Shown: piece after piece, positions 30,983-38,022 of the stretch
Layout: every line of letters starts with the position of its first letter
Numbering within the stretch: position 1 is the first letter of the stretch
Source: Longimicrobium sp.
GTDB lineage: Bacteria > Gemmatimonadota > Gemmatimonadetes > Longimicrobiales > Longimicrobiaceae
Length of the DNA stretch: 64,000 nucleotides
Reading direction: 5' to 3'
Assembly: GCA_035689035.1 (NCBI GenBank)
Contig: DASSME010000407.1
Span: forward strand, 28,054-92,053
The notes under the pieces: generated by a model
Database searches by the model: none
The model's input: only the letters and a program-made list of their open reading frames with translations
Told to the model about the DNA's origin: nothing
Made by a program: the position numbers and the translations under genes

Positions 30983-32626
30983 CTACCGCGCGAAGTCGGT
31001 GATCAGCGCCGGCGTGGCGGCGTCGAAGCCCACCACGTCCAGCATCCCCGCGTCGTCCGGATCGGCGATGGTGAACCCGTTCGACGCCATCGCGACGACC
31101 ACCAGCTTCGCCGCGATCCCCGTGGCCTCGCGGTACTGCCGCAGGGCCTGGGTGGGGTGGATGGTGCCGGCCCACGTCTCGCTGTCGGTGTAGACCACGA
31201 AGACGTCGACCGCCCACCCGTGCTTGCGCGCCTCCACCATCGGCAGCGCGCAGTCGGTGCCGCCGAAGGGGAGCGCGCCCGTCTTCGCCACCACGTCATC
31301 CAGCCGCTGCCGCGGCGAGATGTCCAGCGTCGACAGCCCGCTGGGAAAGCCCGCGTGCATGCTGGGGTAAGTCCCCTGCGTGAACGCGGTGAAGAAGTGC
31401 CGCGGCTCGACCGCCGCCGTCACCAGCGCCATGGCGGCGCTCGCCTCGCGGCAGCTGACGCCCGTCAGGCCGTGCACGGGGGTGCACATGCTCCCCGACA
31501 CGTCCAGCGCCAGCATCACCCGGCGGCCGCTGGGCTCCACCGCCCCGAAGGCCAGGTAGAACGCCGCGTCCAGCGCGTCGCTCACCCGCGCCACCGGTTC
31601 CCACCGGCCCGTCCCGCGCACCCCGCGCCCGCTGGCGTAGGTGCGCAGCGCCGACAGGATCTGCACCGGGTGCACCCGCGCCCGGCGCAGCGCGGCCTGG
31701 TCCGTGATCCGCGCCGCCACCGTCTCCACGGCGGCGTTGCCGGGCGCCAGCACGCCCACCCGGGTGAGCGTGGCCAGGTTGCGGACCAGCGCGGTGAGCG
31801 GCATCGCCTCGAGCAGCGCCTCCCAGACCACGGGGTGGGCCAGCAGCGGCGTGGGCACCATCTCGCGGGTGAGCCGGTGCTCGCGCACCCACTCGGCCGC
31901 CCGCCGCGGCTCCATCCCGCCGTCCGCGTGCAGCTCGGCCACGGCACGCACCAGCCGCACCGCCTCCGTCTCGGGGGCGTCGGCGGGGAGCGCGCCGGTG
32001 ACGGCGCGGGCCAGCAGCGCCTGCTGCTCGCCGTCCGCCGGCCGGGGGTGCGCCAGCCGCAGCGCGTCGCGGTGGCTCCAGCCGTCGCGCTGCGGGTACT
32101 TCAGGAGCTGGTAGGCCAGCTCGCGCGCGGGCCGGGCCGTGTACCAGCGCGCCACCGCCCGCCGCACCCCGCGGCCCCAGCCGCGGAACGCCCGCACGTA
32201 CTGCAGCCAGTGCAGCAGGTGGGTGCCCGTGCGCGCCACCCGCGGCAGCGCGTCGAGCGCCGCGGCCCGCGTGGCCTCGTCGCCCAGCCCCGCCGCCATG
32301 GCCAGGGCGAAGAGCGCGGGGTCGTTGCGGGGCGCGCGGCCCGCCTCGCTGATCTCCACGATCCGGCGCACCACGCGGGCGCCGTCCTGCGCGATGCACT
32401 CGGCCACGGCGGTGGCGCTCTCCACCGTCAGCTGGCGCTCGGCCACGTAGTAGGTGCCGCCCTCGGTGCCCAGGACCAGGAAGCGGTCCAGCCGCGCCCA
32501 GCGGTCCACCGCCCACGCGAACCCGCCGCCGCTGTTGGGCACCTGCGCGGTGCCGGGGATCGGCGCGCTCTGCGGCGTGGCCAGCGTCCGCAGGCGAGTG
32601 GCGAAGTGCTTCGTGAAATCCATCAT
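30983..32626 (-). CDS. rsr: Ro60-related TROVE/vWA RNA-binding protein
   Basis: 'NSGGGF', 'RLDRFLVLGTEGGTYY', 'KYPQRDGWSHRDALRLAHP', 'ALVRNLATLT', vWA 'LDVSGSM', 'GGTDC', 'TDSET', 'MLDVVGFD'. Confidence 0.96.
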   Translation of the reverse strand: MMDFTKHFATRLRTLATPQSAPIPGTAQVPNSGGGFAWAVDRWARLDRFLVLGTEGGTYYVAERQLTVESATAVAECIAQDGARVVRRIVEISEAGRAPRNDPALFALAMAAGLGDEATRAAALDALPRVARTGTHLLHWLQYVRAFRGWGRGVRRAVARWYTARPARELAYQLLKYPQRDGWSHRDALRLAHPRPADGEQQALLARAVTGALPADAPETEAVRLVRAVAELHADGGMEPRRAAEWVREHRLTREMVPTPLLAHPVVWEALLEAMPLTALVRNLATLTRVGVLAPGNAAVETVAARITDQAALRRARVHPVQILSALRTYASGRGVRGTGRWEPVARVSDALDAAFYLAFGAVEPSGRRVMLALDVSGSMCTPVHGLTGVSCREASAAMALVTAAVEPRHFFTAFTQGTYPSMHAGFPSGLSTLDISPRQRLDDVVAKTGALPFGGTDCALPMVEARKHGWAVDVFVVYTDSETWAGTIHPTQALRQYREATGIAAKLVVVAMASNGFTIADPDDAGMLDVVGFDAATPALITDFAR

Positions 32627-32672
32627 CTCTCTTTCACTCGCCTCCTTCCGGGCTGAGCGTGGGGGGTGGAAA

Positions 32673-32763
32673 GGCGCCGCGCGCGGACGAGGGAGCCCGG
32701 GTGGAGATGCCGGTGCAACACCGGTTTGCGATCACCCGCCTGGTACGGCCCGCGCGCGGCGCC
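32673..32763 (-). ncRNA. Y RNA-like element Y1
   Basis: 14-bp terminal stem ggcgccgcgcgcgg/ccgcgcgcggcgcc; bulged-C helix GGGCCG / CUCGUCC; GGGUGAUCG box; next to rsr. Confidence 0.75.
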
Positions 32764-32772
32764 GGAGTGGAG

Positions 32773-32877
32773 AGGGCGGCGGATGAGGTGGCGCCGCTCG
32801 GCGCACGGCCTCCAGTTGCCCGGAGAACCATCCGTTAAAGGGATGCGATAACCGAATCGGCTACGACCCACCGCCCT
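32773..32877 (-). ncRNA. Y RNA-like element Y2
   Basis: Terminal stem agggcggtGGGUCG / CUCAUCCgccgccct; CGGUUAUCG box. Confidence 0.7.
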
Positions 32878-32914
32878 TCCTGTCTGTCCCGCGGTACTGC
32901 CTGGCTTCGAACGC

Positions 32915-33036
32915 GGAACGAGGGCCGGGGGGAGGTCAGGATTCGAACCTGAATTGACCACGGTAATCCTCATCCAACGGCCCGCCTTGCGGCGGACGAG
33001 GAGCGGCGAGGAACCCTCCACCGCCGGCCCCGCTCC
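32915..33036 (-). ncRNA. Permuted Y/tRNA-like element with T-arm
   Basis: Outer stem ggagcggggccgg/ccggccctcgttcc; inner CUCGUCCgcc-GCAA-ggcGGGCCG hairpin; GGAUUACCG box; T-arm UCAGG-UUCGAAU-CCUGA. Confidence 0.65.
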
Positions 33037-33050
33037 CTGCGCGTTCTTCA

Positions 33051-33164
33051 GCCGCACCGCCGCGCGCGGACGATCAGGTCCGCGGGCGGCACCCGGTCGC
33101 ATGGACCGGGTTCGAACTGGGCGCGATAACCGCTCGCGAGCGGCCCACGCGCGAACGGTGCGGC
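33051..33164 (-). ncRNA. Y RNA-like element Y3
   Basis: Terminal stem gccgcaccg..cgcgcgtGGGCCG / AUCGUCCgcgcgcg..cggtgcggc; CGGUUAUCG box; internal GUUCGAA. Confidence 0.7.
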
Positions 33165-33183
33165 GTCTGTCTTCCAGCTCCAG

Positions 33184-33314
33184 TGGAACCGGCGGGATTC
33201 GAACCCGCGACCTCTCGATCCCAAGTCGGTAACCCTCGGCCTTCGGCCCGGCGCGAGCACCGGGCAAGGGGGTGGCAGAAGGCGTAGCGCTCTACCGGGC
33301 TGAGCTACGGTCCC
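33184..33314 (-). ncRNA. tRNA(Pro-UGG)-like gene with a 57-nt Y-RNA hairpin inserted in the anticodon stem
   Basis: Acceptor GGGACCG/CGGUUCC+A, D-arm GCUC-AGCCCGGUA-GAGC, T-arm GCGGG-UUCGAAU-CCCGC. Removing 33229-33285 gives CUCGA-CUUGGGA-UCGAG and a 74-nt cloverleaf. Confidence 0.75.
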
Positions 33315-33343
33315 ACGGTGCTGCGTTGGCGCGATGCGAAGCG

Positions 33344-33478
33344 GGAGGCCCGGCGGGAATCGAACCCGCGACATCCGGAGTCACGATGATCCTCCGCCTT
33401 CGGCCCGCGGCGGGCAGCCACGGGCAAGGGGCCGGGGAGGATACCTCCGGTGCTCTACCGCTGAGCTACGGGCGCTCC
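33344..33478 (-). ncRNA. tRNA(His-GUG)-like gene with a 59-nt Y-RNA hairpin inserted in the anticodon arm
   Basis: D-arm GCUC-AGCGGUA-GAGC, stem CCGGA/UCCGG, T-arm GCGGG-UUCGAUU-CCCGC; insert 33387-33445 carries CCCCUUGCCC...GGGCCGAAGG. Confidence 0.75.
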
Positions 33479-33497
33479 ACGTTCCGCGTCAGGCAGG

Positions 33498-33570
33498 GGC
33501 GGCTGGTGGGGCTCGAACCCACTCCCCCGGATCCACGGCCCAGTGCTCTTCCCGTTGAGCTACGGCCGCC
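33498..33570 (-). tRNA. tRNA-His(GUG)-like gene, atypical
   Basis: G-1:C73 pair, acceptor GCGGCCG/CAGCCGC (1 mismatch), D-arm GCUC/GAGC, loop CCGUGGA (C33 instead of U33), T-arm GUGGG-UUCGAGC-CCCAC; no encoded CCA. Confidence 0.65.
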
Positions 33571-33600
33571 ACACGCCTGTGTCTTTCGTACGATCTTCGC

Positions 33601-33692
33601 GGCCGGCGGACCGGCGGAGCGTGTCCGCCTTCGGCCCTGGGAGTCGCGTTCGCCGGTGCCTGGGGCGTTCCCGCCCGCCGGCGCCGCCGGCC
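33601..33692 (-). ncRNA. Degenerate permuted Y-like hairpin
   Basis: Outer stem ggccggcgg..ccggcgg/ccgccgg.ccgccggcc containing GGGCCGAAGGCGG; second box absent. Confidence 0.35.
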
Positions 33693-33746
33693 GTCGTCTG
33701 GTCTGACCACCTCCGGGTGATCGGGTTCGTCACCGGGCGGAAACGA

Positions 33747-33787
33747 ACATCGCCCCGCCCGCGGCTTCTGCGCGGGCGGGGCGATGT
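33747..33787 (-). terminator. Long perfect hairpin (terminator or processing signal)
   Basis: acatcgccccgcccgcg / cgcgggcggggcgatgt, followed on the minus strand by tcgtttcc. Confidence 0.5.
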
Positions 33788-34216
33788 GGTCGCCTCCGAC
33801 GGACGTGGGTGCCTGGCGGAACGTTATGCCGCCAACCCGGTCCTCCCGCGCTGTTCCTTCTCGATCCCGTCATGCGGACCGCCCGCTTTGGCGCCGCGCT
33901 CGCCCACCGGGTTCATCAGCCCGAAGGGGGAGTACGGACGCACTTCGCCCAGCGGGGTGGCCGCGCACCTCTCCACCGCGGCGCCGGGCAACACGCCGGC
34001 GCCGGTGGATCTGTGCTGGAGTTGGGCGAAGCTGGGTCGCTGCATCTCGCTATACCGTCTTGCCGGCATCCCCGGCGGTGGTGGTCTGGACTCCCTGAAA
34101 CGCAAAATCGCGCCGCCGACGTCTCGCCGTGGTGCTCACGGCGCGGCATCCAATCCCCATGCAGGCGGGGTGTGGAAGACCGAACGACATCGGGACGCGA
34201 CTCCCAAGAGGCGACG

Positions 34217-34246
34217 AGTCTACAAGCGCTCCCCGCGGTCTGTCAA
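34217..34246 (-). promoter_or_regulatory. Sigma70-like promoter for the RNA array / rsr-rtcB locus
   Basis: Minus strand TTGACA-N18-TAGACT. Confidence 0.6.
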
Positions 34247-34413
34247 CCCTCTCCTTCGCTTCCTCGCGCCAGGCGATCCTTCGCCCCACCCGCGGCGGAC
34301 GGCGTAAGCCCTGGTGGATGAACGGCTTGCGCGGGGGATGGAAAAGGGCGGCGGGCGAGACAAAGTGCTGTCTCGCCCGCCGCCGCGTGCCGGAGGATGC
34401 GGTCCGCCGCGCG

Positions 34414-35694
34414 TCAGCCCACCGCGCCCGTCTGCGTCCCGTCATTCTCGCCGGTGGGCGAAGCGGCGGGGCCAGCCTCGCCCGCTTCATCGCCGCCGGA
34501 CATGTCCTCGCCCTCGTCACCGCCCGCGTACGCCGCCACGGGCGTCGGGTCGGCCTGGGACTCGTCCACCGGCGTGGGCACGTCGGCCGCCGCCGCGGTG
34601 GGCACGGACGGTTCGGCTGCCGGGGCGTCGACGGACGCCGCGGGCGCCAGGTCGGCGGGCGCGGAGACGATCGGGATGTTGGGGAGCGACACGGTGGCCG
34701 CGGGCGTCTCGACGGGTGGCGCCGGCGTCTCGGGTACGGCGTGCTCACCCGTGGGCGCCAGCGAGTTCAGCACGCTGGAGAGCTGCTGCGTGAGGGTGGC
34801 CGGGTCCGCGCCGGCCGACACCTGCTGCTGCAGCCCCACGATCTGCGCCGCCACGCGCATCCGCGCCTGCGACACCTCTTCGCTGGCGCGGGTCTGTGCG
34901 GCGCGCTCGCGCTGGGCCATCTCCTCGGCGGGGCTGCCGCGGAACACGGCTTCCACGCTCTCCACCAGCTTGGCCAGGATGCGGTACACGGCACTCGCCG
35001 AGAAGCCACCGAGCATTGCCAGCGTGGGCAGCGCGAGCGAGGCGCCGCCGACGCCCGAGGCCGCTCCCGCGGTCCCGGACGGCTGCGCGTTGCCTCCGAT
35101 CGGGATCAGTGCCACCAGGATGAACCCCGCCATCACCCCCAGGATGAACTTGATCCAGTAGGTAGGCTCGTACTTGGGATCGTAGGTGCGCTTCACGATG
35201 TAGCCGTTCACCTGCATCAGCATGGCGAACGACGCGCCGATCCCCGCCGAGGCCATCCAGAACAGCTCGTTGGCCAGCAGCGGCCAGCCCGACGAGTTGG
35301 CGAAGCTCATCCCCGGCCCGGTGTCGGTGTTGGTGACTTTGGTGATGCTGAGCGCCACGAACACGATCACCGAGATGATCGACGCCGCCAGCATGCGACG
35401 CACCAACCCCACCGAGCCCAGCCAGGCCACGCGGCCCCCACGGTCGTCACCCAGGGCGATCAGCGCGCGCGGGGTGGCGGGCGCAACCAGCCGCGAAAGC
35501 TGGTCGTGCGCCTTCACCAGCGGCGCCAGGTTCATGGGCTGCGAAGGGTCGGCGAAGCGAGCCCTCTCGATGGCGTCGGCGGCCGCGGCGGGCACGGTCA
35601 TGCCCGAGGCCAGGGCGTAGCGCGCCATGGCGCTCGACTCGTTGAGCAGCTGCTCGCGCAGCTCGCAGGTGCTGGGGGGCGACTGGGTTGGCAT
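34414..35694 (-). CDS. Hypothetical membrane protein with acidic Pro/Ala-rich tail
   Basis: 4 TM helices ('AGIGASF', 'LGVMAGFIL', 'LGGFSASAVYRIL'), coiled coil, low-complexity C-terminus. Confidence 0.75.
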   Translation of the reverse strand: MPTQSPPSTCELREQLLNESSAMARYALASGMTVPAAAADAIERARFADPSQPMNLAPLVKAHDQLSRLVAPATPRALIALGDDRGGRVAWLGSVGLVRRMLAASIISVIVFVALSITKVTNTDTGPGMSFANSSGWPLLANELFWMASAGIGASFAMLMQVNGYIVKRTYDPKYEPTYWIKFILGVMAGFILVALIPIGGNAQPSGTAGAASGVGGASLALPTLAMLGGFSASAVYRILAKLVESVEAVFRGSPAEEMAQRERAAQTRASEEVSQARMRVAAQIVGLQQQVSAGADPATLTQQLSSVLNSLAPTGEHAVPETPAPPVETPAATVSLPNIPIVSAPADLAPAASVDAPAAEPSVPTAAAADVPTPVDESQADPTPVAAYAGGDEGEDMSGGDEAGEAGPAASPTGENDGTQTGAVG

Positions 35695-36119
35695 GGGGGG
35701 TCCTACGGGAAAGAGGGAGGATGGCGGGTACAGGAAAGCCAATGAAGAGATTCAATTTAGCGCCTCGGGCGTCACAGGAGAATCCCCCTGTTCCATCGGC
35801 GTCCCAAATAGGACGGTAGTTCACCTCTAAATGTCCAAGTTGGCGACGCGGGGATCCGCCCGAGGATGGTTCAACACCGCCAGGTACGGCCGGCCGGAAG
35901 CGCACGATGCCACGGAAGCGTCCTGCGACCCTACGCCAAGCCGGCGTTGGGGCCGCGGGGGCTTCTCGCTCATTTGGAGTCGCGTGGGCTCACGATCGAG
36001 TCAGCCGGTGACGGAGTTGCGGCGCTCGAGGTTCCGGCGGATCGATCCGCATCCATCAGGCACACGACAGGGGCGCCCCTCGCGGGAGCGCCCCTCTTCG
36101 TCGTATCGGCCAGTCCGGT

Positions 36120-36638
36120 TCAGCGGCCGATGCGGGCGCTGCCCTCGAGCAGGTTCATGGGGCCGAAGGTGGGCTGGCCCAGCATGCCGGCGTCCACGCC
36201 CACCGTGCCGCGCAGCGCGTAGCGGATCGACTGCCCGGTGGCGGCGCGCAGCAGCACGTTGGCCAGGCCGGGGATGTCGTTGAAGTTCACGCTGATGTCC
36301 AGCGGTACCACCGTCTCGGTGTTCCCCTGCAGCGGCACGCCGAGCGGAAAGTCGACCTGCGCGGCGTTCTGCCCCTCCAGCGCCAGCCCGCCCGCCAGCC
36401 GGGCCAGCGTGATGCCGATCGGGTTGGGGTTGCGCACGCGGGCGTAGAGCCGGATCGCCGCGCCCCCCTGCGGGCGGCCCAGGCTGGGCCCCAGCAGCCG
36501 CAGCTGCGCCGGCTGGGCGTTGTCGACCATGAACTGCGGCGCCTGGATCCCCAGCTGCGCCAGCGTGGCGCACCCCGACAGCAGCGGCAGCGCGCCGATC
36601 AGCACCACCGCGCGGCTGACTCTCTTCAACGTCTTCAT
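36120..36638 (-). CDS. LEA type 2 (WHy domain) lipoprotein
   Basis: Lipobox LSGC; 'VRNPNPIGI' NPN motif. Confidence 0.85.
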   Translation of the reverse strand: MKTLKRVSRAVVLIGALPLLSGCATLAQLGIQAPQFMVDNAQPAQLRLLGPSLGRPQGGAAIRLYARVRNPNPIGITLARLAGGLALEGQNAAQVDFPLGVPLQGNTETVVPLDISVNFNDIPGLANVLLRAATGQSIRYALRGTVGVDAGMLGQPTFGPMNLLEGSARIGR

Positions 36639-36843
36639 CGTTTCATCTCCGTTTCCTCGTCTCTCATCGCACCGGGCGGGCTGGATCCGCGCGCCGGTGC
36701 TTCGCCATGAGCCGCCGCCGGCAGCCCGCGCGGGCGGACTTCGCGCCGTCGTCGCGGCGGCTTCGGCCGCCGGGGGCGGAAGCCCGCGGGGACGGACGGA
36801 AGCCGCGCGCATGTCGTTGTGGGGCAATCGCCTGCGTGGTGAA

Positions 36844-36859
36844 TGCCACAGCCGTGCCA
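36844..36859 (-). promoter_or_regulatory. Possible sigma54 -24/-12 promoter for the LEA gene
   Basis: TGGCACGGCTGTGGCA versus consensus TGGCACGNNNNTTGCW. Confidence 0.35.
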
Positions 36860-37035
36860 CGGCGGCGCGGCGGGGGTGAAAAACCTTGGATGGAGCCGAT
36901 TGTCCGCTGGAACGGTGTGTGCATGAGGGTCCCCCTCCCGTCCCCGGCGGGAGACGTACGCGCGGCCGGGGTGAGGACGGCCGAGGGTTGGCCCGTGACG
37001 GAACGCACACCGCCTGCTGCACAAGGAGGAAACCG

Positions 37036-38013
37036 GTGGACACGCAACTGACCGGAGCCGGGGGAACCCACGCGCCGGCGCTCCAGGAGGTGCTGGACGG
37101 GCTCAACGACCTGCTCCAGCTGGACCACGACGCGCTGGCGGCGTACGACGTCGCCATCACCAAGCTCGAAGACCGCGACCACGCCAGCCAGATCACCGGC
37201 TTCCGGCGCGACCACGAGCGGCACGTGCACGAGCTGAACGAGCTGGTCACGCGGCTGGGCGGCACGCCCGTCAACCATCCGCACGCCACCGGGCCCTTCA
37301 AGACCGCGCTGCAGAGCCTGGGCGGCCTGGCCGGCGACAAGGGGCTGCTGATGGCGTTCCGCACCAACGAGCTGCAGGTGCGCACCAAGTACGACACCTA
37401 CGCCAGCCGCGCCATGCTCTGGCCGCCCGAGGTCAAGCGCGTGATCGACGGCGCCGCGCTGGACGAGGAGCGGCACTACGCGTGGGTGGCCGGCGTGCTG
37501 CAGCGCATGGGCGTGGGCCATGGCGAGGTGGAAGACGTGCACGCCATGAACGCCGCCCGTGAGCGCGCCAACGTGGGCGCCGGCGTGGTCGATACGGCCA
37601 GGGACGCCGTCACGGGCGCCGCGCACGCCGTGGGCGAGCGGGTGAGCGGCGCGGCGTCGAGCGTGGCCGGCACGGTGAGCGGCGCGGCCTCGTCGGTGGC
37701 GGGGACGGTGGGGGGCGCGGCGTCGTCCGTCGCGGGGACGGTGGGCGACGCGGCGTCGAACGCGGCGGGCGCGGTGCGGGGCGCCGCGGCGAACCTGGGC
37801 GACCGGGTGCGCGGCGGAGTGAGCGGCGGCGCCGACGCGGTGCGCAACCGCATCTCGGGGCTGCTGGACACCGAAGAGGGGCCGCTGGCCGGGCCGGTGG
37901 ACCGCGCGCAGGCGCTGGGCACCGGGTTCGAGGGACGGGTGCGCGACAAGCCGCTCCAGACGCTGCTGCTGGCCGGCGTCGCGGGGTTCGTGATCGGCCG
38001 GCTGCTTCGCTAG
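37036..38013 (+). CDS. Ferritin-like (DUF2383-type) protein with 11-aa repeats and C-terminal membrane anchor
   Basis: AGGAGG RBS + GTG; 'LNDLLQLDHDA..AY', 'DHERH', 'DEERH'; GAASSVAGTVx repeats; ElaB-like tail 'PLQTLLLAGVAGFVIGRL'. Confidence 0.85.
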   Translation: MDTQLTGAGGTHAPALQEVLDGLNDLLQLDHDALAAYDVAITKLEDRDHASQITGFRRDHERHVHELNELVTRLGGTPVNHPHATGPFKTALQSLGGLAGDKGLLMAFRTNELQVRTKYDTYASRAMLWPPEVKRVIDGAALDEERHYAWVAGVLQRMGVGHGEVEDVHAMNAARERANVGAGVVDTARDAVTGAAHAVGERVSGAASSVAGTVSGAASSVAGTVGGAASSVAGTVGDAASNAAGAVRGAAANLGDRVRGGVSGGADAVRNRISGLLDTEEGPLAGPVDRAQALGTGFEGRVRDKPLQTLLLAGVAGFVIGRLLR

Positions 38014-38022
38014 GAGGAACGC

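Noticed and set aside
33260-33406. Reading the chimeras as one ordinary YrlA spanning the 3' half of one element and the 5' half of the next
   Set aside because: Some cross-pairing is possible, but the acceptor stems (and the anticodon stem of the His-like element) pair better within each element. Disfavoured, not excluded.
32650-33700. CRISPR array interpretation of the repeated motifs
   Set aside because: Repeats are short, degenerate and embedded in folded RNA modules; no constant repeat-spacer period and no cas genes.
33825-33850. attC-like GTTATGC core
   Set aside because: No properly spaced inverse core, no cassette ORF and no integrase.
33905-33930. CUGAUGA on the minus strand (possible hammerhead ribozyme core)
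   Set aside because: No matching stem II-GAAA and stem III arrangement found; it sits in a simple hairpin loop.
37640-37800. 33-bp tandem repeats
   Set aside because: These are coding 11-aa repeats (GAASSVAGTVx) inside the ferritin-like gene, not an independent element.
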